Origin: Camelus dromedarius
Lineage: Eukaryota
Assembly: GCF_036321535.1 (NCBI RefSeq)
Contig: NC_087436.1
Span: 105,402,001 to 105,466,000, forward strand
Direction of reading: 5' to 3'
DNA: 64,000 nucleotides
Shown: one piece after another, positions 1 to 11,849 of the stretch
Numbering within the stretch: the stretch's first letter is position 1
Layout: each line of letters starts with the position of its first letter
The notes under the pieces: generated by a model
The model's input: only the letters and a program-made list of their open reading frames with translations
The model's database searches: none
Told to the model about the DNA's origin: nothing
Position numbers and translations under genes: made by a program

Positions 1-609
1 ATACGGCCCATGCCCCTTCTCTTAAGACCCCAGAATTCCGAATATGGAAAACATCTGGTCGCAGGAGTATCAGATAAGGAACTGTGGATCCGCCTCAGAA
101 AAATGGCTGAACTCTCCTCGCTTTTACCACCCTCCCTTCAAAAAATCCTGCTTTTAAAGATATCCTGTTTCTTCTTTCCTCGCCTCCCATCTTCTTACTT
201 CCTTGGCTCTTTCTTCCCCCTGTGCACACATGCACGCATCCATCCACCTGACAGAAATGCACTGTGGTCCAGGCACATGGCTGGTGGTGCAGAGATGGTG
301 GGGACCACGTGGGCGGGATCCTGCTTTCGTCAGAAAGGAGTAACTCACTGGGACTGGGGTGGGGGCAGGATGGAGACCAATTCCCTCCCAGCTTCACAGT
401 CCTTCCACCTGAAGGCACTACAAGTAAATGGACTAACACAACAGCCTTGCAACAGCCTCTTAACGCCATGGCCTGGCCTCTTCTCTTCTGTAACCACAGT
501 CAGGGGATCGGTGAAGGCTTCCTGGGAGACAGGCACCTAAGTAGGGAGCAGGAGGATTTCCCTAATGGGGAGGGCCGTCTTCCCTCTTTATTATTGGAGA
601 TCCATCGTC

Positions 610-946
610 TTCATTAGCTAGGGCTGCTGTAAGCACATACCACAAACTAGGAGGCTTAACAACAGAAACTTACTGACTCCCAATTCTGGAAGCTAGACAT
701 GCAAGATCAGGGCGTCAGCTGGTTGGTTCTTTCTGAGGGCCAGTCTCCCGTGTGTCTGTGCCCAGATTTCCTCTTCTTGTAAGGATACCCATCACAGTCA
801 TTTAGGGCCCACACTTCTGCAGTGTAACTTCATCTTAACTAATTGCATCTGCGATGACCCTGCTTCCAGATCAGGTCACATTCTGAGGTACTGATGGTTA
901 GGACTTTGACATACGAATTTTGGGAGACAGGATTCAGCCCATAACA
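610..946 (-). mobile_element. MaLR solo LTR, MLT1B/C-like
   Basis: Reverse complement begins TGTTATGGGCTGAATCCTGTCTCCCAAAATTCGTATG and contains TACCTCAGAATGTGACC, typical of the MLT1 5' end. Confidence 0.8.
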
Positions 947-1388
947 CCAAGTCGTTCTTGTAGATGATGCTTCCAGGGAAGAGACTTCTGTCTCTACCAT
1001 CGGCTGAGTCTGGGCCTGTGACTCCTGAAAGGACTGATGCGGATGAGTCAGGAGGCAGGAAAGGAGCCTGACAGGTTCCTGGTGAAGACTGGAGAAGGGC
1101 AGCAGCTCCATCTGTGATGAGCTGAGGTTGGCAAAGTGGGGAGGGGCTTTTAACCAGGAGGTACTCACAGGAGGCAGGGAGACCAGGAGGCTGGTGGGAG
1201 GAAGGCTAAGTTCCCATAAAGGCAGGGCCAAGCAGTGGTGTTGGAGCCATCTAAATGGGCTTTAATAAAAACTGCTCACCTAATGCAAAAAATATGACAA
1301 GATAACTGAAACTCACCTCCCACATCCGGTCCTATTATGAAGGGCCTTTAAAGCAAAGTTCAGAAAAAGTGACAGAGAATGGACAAAG

Positions 1389-1615
1389 CAATGTGGCACA
1401 GTGGTTCAGGGCATAGGTTTGAAAGCCAGTTCTGCCACTTCGCTGTGTGACCTTAGAGAAATTACTCACCCCTTCTGTGCTTCTGTTTTCTCATCTGCAC
1501 AAGGGGGCTAATAGCTAGACCTATTTTATCGGACTTTTGCAAGAATCACTTGTGAGCTTGTGAGTAGAACCCTCAGAACAAAGTTGAACCCACAGCATGT
1601 TCTTCAGTAAATGGA
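1389..1615 (+). mobile_element. MIR SINE
   Basis: Core TGTGTGACCTTAGAGAAATTACTCACCCCTTCTGTGCTTCTGTTTTCTCATCTG. Confidence 0.75.
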
Positions 1616-1744
1616 GCTGCTGTTTATACAGAATGTGAGTGGGTGTGGAGGCCCAGACAGACCACAGCCACACTTAATTTGCTTCTAGCTTCTTCAGACA
1701 GGCCCACCTTCAACCAGTTGTTCAGGAAAGGAGGGAACAGATCC

Positions 1745-2320
1745 TTATGGCCAGGAGGCCAGGGAAAGTATGCTGAGATACTTTAGTGCTATCCCAAGGT
1801 TCAATTAAATTGCACCCCAGGACACTGAACAACTTGCTGACATGGCCATGGAACCGCTGTCAGTGTCCATGGAGGAATCAAGAGATAAAGGAGTGGTGGG
1901 ATAGAGCCAGGGATGGAGAGAGTTTTCCTAGCTCTTTTTTAAAGGAAGAACTTTTTAAGGAAAAAAAGATGAACTGTAGCAACTCCAGACTGATGTGACA
2001 ACCTTTCTTTATAAAATCATTGGATGGCTTGGGCATACTTGTAGAAGAAAGTAGTGATCATCCGGTACCATCATGGGTTCACGCTAAACCACTTCATCTC
2101 TTTTGAGGGTGAGTTAATACAGATTTGGGAAATGCTAAATCTCTGGTGGACCTTGATCTTGTGAGATATTTATCAAAAGCATCCACAAAAGCTTTTTGGA
2201 CAAGAAGTAGAAATGTGGTCTGGCTATACAGCACAGATAGGCTGGTTCATCTTTGGTTGAAGCCAAAGAATGTTGAACAACAACCAGTTTGAGAGGAAAG
2301 TCTTAAGAGCTGGGTCTCAG
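1745..2320 (+). mobile_element. L3/CR1 LINE, decayed reverse-transcriptase region
   Basis: Colinear degenerate matches to CR1 RT blocks: GTGATCA..CATGGGTTCAC, GACCTTGATCTT, AAATGTGGTCTGG..AGATAGGCTGGTTCAT..TGGTTGAA. No open frame remains. Confidence 0.55.
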
Positions 2321-3619
2321 TCCCAAACATCTTTCTGTTGCCTCTTAGATACCATCCTCTCCAATGCTACTCTTATTATTCTGATTTTTTTCCCTCTGAA
2401 TATAGTCTTAAAGTTTTTTGTTTGTTTATAGATGCACATTAAGAGACTAACAACAGACAGGATAGTTTTGTATTTGCATTTTTTCCTTAAATTTTCCCCC
2501 GAAGGGGAAATGTTCCATCAAAATCCAAACAGTTGGATAATCACGTCACATTTCCTAATACTGAAGTCCCTGCAGTGTCTTGCTGATGAAGAAGGAATGA
2601 GTCTAGTTGGTCAATTAGCATCTTTTCTGCTCTTGTTCCTTCAAAAAAAAAAATTTTTTTTTTTTGCTTGATACTAACTATGTGCCAGGCACTGTGATAG
2701 AAACGAGAGAATCACAGGATCATAAAATCAGAAGGAATCTGGAGGTTTTTTAGAACAAGCGCAGAAGGCGTTTTCCTGATAATGCATGAGTCACAGAAGC
2801 ATTGCTATACAGCCATCCTCAAAAGGTTTGCAAGCTTCCTTACCCTTTGTGCTGGGTTTTACTTTTGAAATAAAAGCTGATCTCATGGGAGAGGCCATAA
2901 AGGCAAAATTGCAGTCCAGGCATTTTTATTTTTTTTTTTAAGCAAGAAGAATGTTCGGAAAATAAGTCCTGAATCATTACATTTGGCCAACCCCAGAAAA
3001 GAAGCAGACAAGCCCCAGCCTCTCCCTCGCCCCCCACAGCCCCACCAACTCAAAAACCGAATAATCCCCAGCCATGAAGAGCAAGCCAGTGCCCTGTCTC
3101 GGCCAGTCCCTCTCCTGGCCCTCGCTGCGGTATGTGTGTGGGTGGGACCAGCTGTGTACACTGTGCCCTGCACGTCACAGGGACATTTGTGCTTAAGTGG
3201 AGTGGAACAGAACACAGATCATGGCTGTGGCAAGCCAGGGGCTAACGTCCCTGAGTTCTTCCCACTGCAGCTGCTTTTTGTACTCATCGTCCTATGAGGC
3301 TATAGTCCTAGGGCCCTATAAAGTCTTTTCTAAAAATGACAGGCCAAATTTTAAAAAAACAAGGGGCATTCTCTTTTTCTCGCCTAGCTTACCCTCCCTC
3401 CTTCACTTGCACCCTTTAGATCAGATCGCGGTTCTGTCAATCAGGGGCTGATTGGATCATGTAATCCAAATGGAGATGTTTCGTCAAGCTGAGGGTTGCC
3501 CTGAGTTGCCAGTTGCCAGGAGTTTGGGGTCACATGCTTTTGTGCAAGTGGCTGAAATTACTAAACAGAAGTAGGAACTGCATCTATACGATCTCCTGCA
3601 ATGGTTCTTTCTGGCTGCC

Positions 3620-3755
3620 CATTAGGACTAGGCTGCCTGGGAGTTTTGAAAACGTATCAGTGTCTGGGACCCATCCCAGACCAAGCGATTTAAATCTCTA
3701 AGGGCTGGCTTGGATGTCTGAAATTTTTAAAAATCTTCCCAGGTGTTTCTGAACC
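3620..3755. mobile_element. MER5-type hAT-Charlie MITE fragment
   Basis: CCTGGGAG..AAAA..CTGGGACCCATCCCAGACC..TTTTTAAAA..TCCCAGGTG pattern. Confidence 0.55.
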
Positions 3756-3985
3756 ACAGAGGTGCCAAGAGCTTGGGGGTCAACACCAGGGAGACCTGGG
3801 TTTGAAACTCGATTTTACTGCTACCTCTTGAGGGAGTCCTTGAGAAAGTTTCTTAAATTCTTTGAGGCTATCTCAGCTATAAAAATGGGGGATAACAGTA
3901 ACTACCTTTCGAGGTGGAGAGAACTAAATAAGACAAAAGATGTTAGTATTTGGCTCACAGTAAGTGCTCAATAAATGATTGTTGT
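3756..3985 (+). mobile_element. MIR SINE
   Basis: AGACCTGGGTTTGAA..TAAAAATGGGGGATAACAGTAACTACCT..CACAGTAAGTGCTCAATAAATG. Confidence 0.75.
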
Positions 3986-4290
3986 TAATATTCTTATCAG
4001 GGTTTTTAATCATCACCAGATGCACGTGGACCTCAGGCTCACACTGTCTCCCAGTAGCCTCCTCCATGTTCTCCGGGCTGTGTTTGAAGGTACCAGGACC
4101 CATCTTCTCTCCCTTCTGTGCTCTGCCCACCAATGTGTGGGCTTCGATCTCAGACTCCATGAGGATGTTAGTTCCGCTTCTGTCACCTCATATTCATGGT
4201 GAGAGTAAAAGAGTATAATTGCAATTTTTTAAAAAGAGAGAGAGAGAAAGGAGACCCAAACCAACTCTTTACACACTTGCCTTCCTTTAT

Positions 4291-4400
4291 GGGGAGGATA
4301 ATGGCTCAGTGGTAGAGTGCATGCTTAGCAAGCAGGTGGTCCTGGGTTCAATCCCTAGGACCCCCATTAAAAATAGAGAGAGAGAGAGAGAGAGAGAGAG
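4291..4400 (+). mobile_element. tRNA-Ala-derived SINE (camelid vic-1 type) with (AG)n tail
   Basis: GGGGAGGATAATGGCTCAGTGGTAGAGTGCATGCTTAGCAAGCAGGTGGTCCTGGGTTCAATCCC: A box, B box and AGC anticodon region, followed by ATTAAAAAT and (AG)n. Appears to sit within an older MLT1K-like LTR. Confidence 0.8.
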
Positions 4401-5124
4401 AATAATTGGCCATGTGGTGTCACATGTCCACTCCTGACCAATCACTCTAGCCCCAAGAGTTTGCGGCTCTGACTGGCTCAGGACTGGGTCACATGGTCCA
4501 CCTCAAAGCCAGGGGTGGAGTTCAGACTGAAGAGAACAGCCTGGAGACTGGAGAGGGAGTGAGGAGTTCCCCAGAGAGAAGCCATGGGTAGGTTTCAGTG
4601 GGTGCTGGGGCTTCCCACAACCTGCCTTACTCATGGTCAACTGTAACTGTGCAAAGAAATCAGTCAGACCACAGAGAACAGGAAGGTGGAATGGGACAAG
4701 AGAGAACACTTTCAAACAGTGTGTAATAGACTTTGTTTACTCAGTTGATTGCCATGATGCTTGTTAATTCTCTACACAACTACTATCAATTCCTGGCTGC
4801 TCCCTGAACAGATTCTAATCTTTCTTTGCTCATGATTTGCCATCTACCTAGTGCCATGACCCTCCCTCTCTGTGCAGCCATCCAAATTCTTCAACATACT
4901 TCAAGAATCTCACTTCAAATTCTCCTCCTTCAGAAAGTGTTCTGTGAGCGCCTTGCTCCTTTACCTCTTCCCCACGGTCAAAAGAAATGCATTTGGATTT
5001 CTAGCACTGATATCTGTGTCTCACTTCCTATTTTGTACCACTCTTCTAGCACATACTATTGCTTCTACTATGAGTCTATAACCTTCTTGAGGGCTGGGCT
5101 TATTCAGCTCAGTGCCTTCATTAC

Positions 5125-5551
5125 TATGATACTTAATTTTACATCAACTTTTTGTGTCAACTTGCTTAGGCCATAGTGCCCAGATATTTCATCAAACATT
5201 AGGTATTTCTGCGAGGTGTTTTTTGGGTGAGATGAACATTTAAATCAGCTAACAGTGAGTGAAGTGGATTGTCTTCCATAATGCGGGTGAGCCTCATCCA
5301 GTCAGCTGAAGGCCCTGAATAGAACAAAAGACTCACCTTCCCTCAACAAAAGGAAATTCTGCCGTCAGATGGTCCTTGAACCTGAACTGCAGAATCAGCT
5401 CTTTCTGGGTCTCCAGCCTGCTGGTCCACCCTGCAGATTTTGTACTTGCAAGCCTCCATAATCAGAGGAAGATTTCTTAAAATAAGTCTCTCCCTTTATA
5501 TATGAATATCTTATCAGTTCTACTTCTTTGGATGATTCCCTGGTTAATGCA
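5125..5551 (+). mobile_element. ERVL solo LTR, MLT2D-like
   Basis: TGTGTCAACTTG..CCCAGATATTT..CCTCATCCAGTCAGCTGAAGGCC..TGGGTCTCCAGCCTGCTGG..CCCTGCAGATTTTG. Confidence 0.8.
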
Positions 5552-6174
5552 ATTACCTAGCCAAGTGCTTAGTGTTTGTCAACAAGTGAATGAATGGATC
5601 CTGCATGACCATTGGGTGTTATGCATCTAAGGGAAATTCTGTCTTTTCAACGGAAGCTAATGGGTCTATATATGGAAACACGCTTTGTAAAGGGCAAGGC
5701 ACTACACAGATGTTTGTCATCATCATTGTCACTTCTTCCATCACTGTTACCACCACCATTGTGGCTCCTGGTTCTAGTACCTGTATCATTACTGGCCCAG
5801 GTGGTCTGCAGCTCTTGTCCTCCTGGACCACCAGATACCTCCTTCCAAATAACCGCTCCTCCTCTCTTTCCTCAACTGCCTAGCACTGAGTTGATCGATG
5901 GTGTTTGATTTCCAGTTCTGTCTTCCATCTGGGCCATGTTGTTTGTAGTTGTGCCTCAATCCGATGGAAGGAAGCTGTGGGGAGGAGAACATGCACTGCC
6001 CTCTTTTCTTATGAGAAAATCATACAGCCATGGACTGACTGAACTATGTTAACAGACAGAGGGAGTCTTTTTTTCCGCCAGTGTATCTGGTGGTAGGAGA
6101 AAGCCAGTTTTCCCAACTCATGATATGATGTTGCCAAGATGTATTATTGTCTCTACTGAAAAGTCTTTACTAAA

Positions 6175-6557
6175 AAGTATGGAGACAAAAAATCAGTGGT
6201 TGCCAGGAGTGGTGGCAGGGAGAATCTGGGAAGGACGAGGGGAGATGAGTAAGCAGAGTACAGAGGATTTTTAGGGCAATGAAAATACTCTATAATATTG
6301 TAATAATGGATACATATCATTATACATTTGTCCAAATCTAAAGAATGTACAACATCGAGAGTGAACCCTTCAGTAAACTATGGACTTTGGATGCTTATGC
6401 TGTCGATGTAGGTTTATCCTGGGTAAAAGTGTACCATTCTGATAAATGAGATTGACAACAGGGGAGGTGATGCATGTGTAGGGCAGGGGGAATGTGGGAA
6501 ATCTCAATTTCATTGTAAACCTAAAACTGCTCTGAAAAATTTAAGTGTTTAAAAAAA
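6175..6557 (+). mobile_element. L1MC-type LINE-1 3' end
   Basis: ATCAGTGGTTGCCAGG..GATACATATCATTATACATTTGTCCAAA..GTAAACTATGGACTTTGG..TAAACCTAAAACTGCTCT, then an A-rich end. Confidence 0.8.
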
Positions 6558-7289
6558 CGGCTTTGCCGAATGAGAACAGTTTCTGAAGCCAATGACAAGC
6601 CCCGGATGAAAAATCACCCCTAGTTATTGCAAGTCCAAACGGTGTGGCTCTGATGAGGGGGCTGGCATTGCATCTGCAGAACAGCTGTGAGATCCATTTG
6701 GGTGTGGGTTTATTAGCCATGAGTCAGGCTTGGAAGGGTATCTTTGGGGAAAAGTGGTCTTGGGCAGGGGACCCAAGCCATGTGAATAAATCTGCCAGCA
6801 CGGGCGTTGCTGGGGAAGATTTAACTGCCTCAGCTGGGCCCCGTCAGTTGGCCAGTTCAACAGAGCCTCGGCAGTTAAGCAGCAGCAGCCCAGGGCCGGG
6901 CCAGTGGAACACCTCCCAGCCCCACGCCGGGCCTGGAATGACTTCACTTGTCGGACTGCAGCTTCAGCCTCTGAGTCGGAAGAGGCCCAGGAAGGTCATG
7001 GAGTCCAACAGCTGTCGGATTAGAGGAGACCCATGAGGCTTTCCCGGGGGGGAGAGTGTTTCACCTCAGGACACAGCAGGAGGGCAGCAGGCACATTGAT
7101 GCACAAACGGTCCCTGGACATCCCTTGCCCTGCACCAGCCCAGCACCCCCCCCCCCCAACAAGGAGCGCAGCTCCTCATGGGGCCAGGGTGAGGGGCACC
7201 AGGTCTGCTGTGAGGGCTGTTTCGCCTTCCCTGGGAGTTCAGTTCCTTGTGGAACTTTGATGCTTTCTTGCTTTTTCCCCATTCATTCA

Positions 7290-8040
7290 TTCTGTTTACA
7301 AAAATAATATTTGCCTTCTGTGTACATGCTCTTGTAGAAAACTTAAATACAGGACAGTAGAAAAAAGAACACAAACACTCCATCAGCCAGAAACAAATCC
7401 TCTGAACCAACTCTGACATTTGACAGTGAAGTTTTTGACACTTTTCTCCATGTGTATACTCATGAAGACATTTAGGTGTCATACAACACAATGAGACTTT
7501 TTCTGTTCCCAGTTTGCCTTTTTTTACTCAACGATGTCACTGAGAACTTCCCCCAATGACTAGAGATACACAGCGACATTTTAAGTGGCTGCTTAGAATT
7601 CTGTTACATGACTCTATCAAAATGTACTCTCAGACGTCCCTGGATGGACTTCTGGGTTGCTGCCGGCCTTTCACTCTGATAAACCCTATAAAGGTGACTC
7701 TCCTTGGATTCATCCTCACTCTGACATCCCCCCGCCTGTTGGACTAACATGCCCTGTGTCCGGCTCCATGCCCTGTGCGTGGGTAGGTTCCCAATAGGTG
7801 TTTGGGGACTAGTCTGAATGAACAGTTGTGTGTCTTTGTTCTATTGTCTCCTTAGGAAAAGTTTCTAGAACTAGAATTTTAGGATCAAGGGGAATAGAGA
7901 TTTTGCTGTTGGTTACACGGGGCCGGATTGCCCTCCAGAGTGGTCCTGCCAATTTACAACCCTACACACATTGTCAGGGCTTCTCCTCAGCTCTGCAAAG
8001 CCGAGGGGTTTCCTTTTTTCAGTCTTTGCCAATCTAATGG
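7290..8040 (-). mobile_element. Old L1ME-type fragments
   Basis: Degenerate GATGGAC..TGGGTTG, CTAGAACTAGAATT..GGATCAAGGG and GATTGCCCTCCAGAGTGG..CCAATTTACA blocks. Confidence 0.55.
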
Positions 8041-10199
8041 GTCCAATGCTTTATACTTTAAGCATCACTTGTCAGTTTGGCTTAAAATTATTTGTCTACT
8101 TTTTTTCTTCCCATTAGCAGTTAGCCCAGGGCCTGAAGCTAGGTAGGTACTTATTACGCAGGCTTTGCATTTGCTCAATAATATTTAGAAAGCCCATCAC
8201 CATGCTAGGCAGCCTTGGACGTGAAGAGGAAAATGGCATTGTTTTTACTGCTGTCCACGTGGAGACCCAGCAGGTGACCTGGCGGGGGGGTGTGGGGGGC
8301 GCCCGCCAAGGAGAGAAGCCAGCCATGCTTGGTGGGGAGAACACAGGACAGTGAGGGTCAGCCCAAGTGGTAGATTGCAGAGGATGTGTCCTGGGAGCAG
8401 ACATGCTGTCTAAGGGGTGGAGAGGAAGAAGCACGGAACATCCCACAGTCAGCACCCCTGTCGTGGCCCTCCAGGAGCGGGTCAGTGCAGGAGGGCGGTA
8501 CTGCGTGTAGCGACCACATTCCTTACACTGCAGCTGAGAACCACCGACATGACAACTCTGCACGGCACTTGTTGAAAATGCATTTTTCTGGGTTCACCTC
8601 AAAGTAACTTACTCAGAACCACTGGAGATTAGACACGTCTTGACACGGCCACCAGGAAATTCCCTTACACACCCCAACCCAGGAGCCCCCGCTCAGGGTG
8701 TGATACATATGTCAAAGGTGTCAGAGTGAAGTAGAGGAAGAGGACTTAAGGTCTCAGAAAAGCAAATAACCGGCTTGTCTGGCACCCTCCCTCACCTGCA
8801 TGTCCTTACAGCAGCCCGCTGTGCTGGCATCAAGCAGGCTGCAAAGGAAACCTCTCCTCCTTCCAGAGTCTCTTGTGACCTCGCTGTGGGAGAACATTCT
8901 TTCATCTGAGGGATTTAGAAAACTGGCTGGTGTGCACACTGATGTTGGCCAAGTGTTGATGCTGATGCGCCTTTCCTGCGATCACACTCACCATGACCCC
9001 CTTGGGAGCCTTTGTGTGGCCAAATTGTCAACGAAATGGGAAGTTCTTCTGAGCTTTCTCAGGAAACTCAAGGGGGAACACCAGACACCCCTCCAGTAGC
9101 ATCAAAGAAGAGTTCACTCTTACCCCCGGTCTGTCCCCAGAGCCAAGCCTCCCTTCCTGGGTGCGGTCAGCCCCCACTTCCCCACCTGAGGGGGGCTTGG
9201 CTGGGGTAGTGCATGGAGGGCAGTGGCAGCTGCTAGACCCTTCCCAGGCAGCTGCCTATAGAACTAAAAAAAAGAGTCTCCCAAATGAGCGTGCTGTGGA
9301 AAATTCAATTTCTGCTTGTCGCATCCTGCAGTCCTACTGGCCGGCCACAGAGGCAAAGCTGGGAAGAGCTATGGCAACATCGGAAAGCAATTGATGCTGC
9401 TAAATCACGGCTGTCATCGCCGAGGCATCCATACATCCTGATCTTGCTTTACCGACAGTCTTGGCTCGGGACCCCGGGCTGATGGAGGGCAGGGTTGGGG
9501 GTGAAGGGGGAGCTGTGATTTCAGAGAGGCTGCCAGATGGCAGTGAGAGGCCCAGTGCACACATGTCACGCCGACTGACAGCAGGGGAATTATGCAGATG
9601 GAGAAGGAGCCCTTTAGCTTCAGTGGATGGCGTTTCTGCTATTCACTGAATACCTAGGCAAAAGTAATGTGCCTTGATAACTGACCGTGAGCTCTTACTA
9701 AAGGTCTGATATGCCGAGACGGGGGTGCCTTTTCCAGCAGTGACGATGCCTGGTACAGTCAGCATATCAGGATAATGTTCGTTGGAACCATTTTTCCCTG
9801 GAACCAAATAAAGCAGTTTCTCTTTCAAGTTTGCTAACTAAAGCTTGATGAGTGAGGCACAGAAAAAGGGCAGATGGCTTTGCCCATGGACCTCCTACTC
9901 TTCCTGGCATTTCTCTGCCCATTCCTACCAAGAAAACATTTTTTCCTTTCCTTTAGATAACCAGGAATTTACCTCCACCTTCAAAAAGCCTTCCTGGATT
10001 TACAGAGCCCAAATGGCCAACATTCTTTCCTTAGAATGCACTCTTAAAACCAGGCAGTCTCCAGCGCTAGATTCCCAGCACTTTCCTGTACTACCTGCAT
10101 GGCCTTGGGCAACCCTCAGGGCTGCTGGGAAGATGGAATGAGTTAATATGCAAAGAATGTAAAGCTGTGCCTGGAATAGAGGAACACTCATTAAAACTA

Positions 10200-10335
10200 G
10201 TATATATGCTATATATAACACATATATACACACACACACACACAATGTACAATATACATATAGGTGAAATATACTATTACATATATACATTATATACAAG
10301 ACATAATGTATATATACATGCATACAGTATACTAA
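10200..10335. repeat. (TA)n/(CA)n low-complexity tract
   Basis: Interrupted TATA/CACA repeats visible directly. Confidence 0.85.
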
Positions 10336-11156
10336 CAATTATTACTAGTTCAACAAATATTCATTAAGCACTTATTATGTGCCAAGCATGGTGCCAGCCA
10401 CTGGAGATGAAAGTAGGAGGTAGGGGAATAAATACAAAGCAAAATAAAGCATCTCCCATTCCCGTCAGTGCATCACAAACACCTAGAATGGGAGCAGGCT
10501 GCACGGGCAGCATAAAGCTGAATGAAATCCTTTCAAACCAGAGAGAGCAGAGGAGGAGGGAGAAACCCGAGGAAGAAAGAAGGGGCCCCCCAAGTCACTC
10601 TGACTGCTGTGGGTGGGGGACGTGAGGGCTTCCTGGAGAGTGTGAATGTGTGCTAGAGCCGGAAGGGTAAGTCGGCTTCACCAGGGAGAGCTGGGGGGTG
10701 GGAGGGAGGGGAAGGGGCGGGGCGCCCCTGGATCAGAGTCCAGGAAGGGAGCACAGGTATTCACTCATCCAGAGGCACTTGGTGAGCGCCCGCTGTGTGC
10801 CAGGCACTGTGCTGGGCCTGGGAATAGAGCAGTGACCGCATGGATCATGAAGGCTTAGCTGGAGTCGAGAAGAAGGACGGGCGACCTAAGGGAGGCGGAA
10901 ATCCCTTTCCCACCTTTCTGACTCCGAGGAGTCATGGAGGAAAATGGCAGCAGAGGGAGACTGAAAAGTTCACACGCCCAGGTCTTTGCTTTTCTCTTTC
11001 CTACTGGCTGCTGGTGGAGAGGGTAGCTTCAGAAATACCCCGAGAGGCACAGGTGCGCCTGGGAATATGGAGTTCAGGCTTTTTGCACTGGGTGGTCACG
11101 GCTCGAGAGGGGCTGCTGACTCCTGGAGAGCCCCAGCCCTCAGTCTGTCCTCTGTC

Positions 11157-11204
11157 CACACACACACATACACACACACAGAAACGCGCGCGCGCGCGCG
11201 TGCG
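11157..11204. repeat. (CA)n-GAAA-(CG)8 compound microsatellite
   Basis: CACACACACACATACACACACACA GAAA CGCGCGCGCGCGCGCG TGCG. Confidence 0.95.
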
Positions 11205-11849
11205 ACATGGCCTTGGAGCAATGGTGGTGGAGAGGCAGGGATGGGAACTCAGCAGCAAGCCTGGGCGGCCTCCCCCCGCTTCCTGGGCTGGGCTCTCTTG
11301 CCCTCTTTAGTAAGAGAGCAGCCTTGCAAAGCCGGGCAGTGGTGGGAGGGAAAACGCTTTCCTAAACCCCTTGCTTTCCCTGCATAACACAGGCAGGCCA
11401 GCCAGTGAGCAGTGCGGGCAGAAGGGGAAGGCAGGGCCCTGGCAGGACTGATTTTTTTAAGGCCTGAGCTTCTCTTCTGAAAGGGACTCTGGCTGCATGG
11501 CCCAGGGTGTCTGTGGACAGACTGAGCCTGAGGGGAGAGATGCGTCTCCTTGGCTGGCTGGAAAGAGGGCCCCTGGCCAGGAGCGTGGGAGCCAGGGCAG
11601 CGGGGAGGCCAGGAAGCTGGAGCACAAGGCGCCGGCACGCTTAGCAGCAGGAAGGCCAGAGGTTGTTTTTCGGTCCTCCCTTTCCACGTTTCCAGAGATT
11701 GCAGCAAGCCCTGGATAAGGAGGCTTGGCAGAGAAGCCAGGTTTCATACCAGTGGATCTGCCTGGGCGCAAGGAAGGCAGTCAAGGCCAACGGCTGGACG
11801 GAGGACTGTTTTCTCAGCTGTGTTCCCCACTCCTGCCAGTCCTCCCCCA

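Noticed and set aside
10..540. 176-aa ORF, and similar long ORFs at 12772-13320 and 49439-49957
   Set aside because: No recognisable domain or exon structure; lengths are compatible with chance in 64 kb of six-frame sequence.
4291..4366. Functional tRNA-Ala gene (also 46625-46700 and 53230-53308)
   Set aside because: Mismatched stems, extra 5' bases, A-rich or microsatellite tails and TSDs indicate SINE copies.
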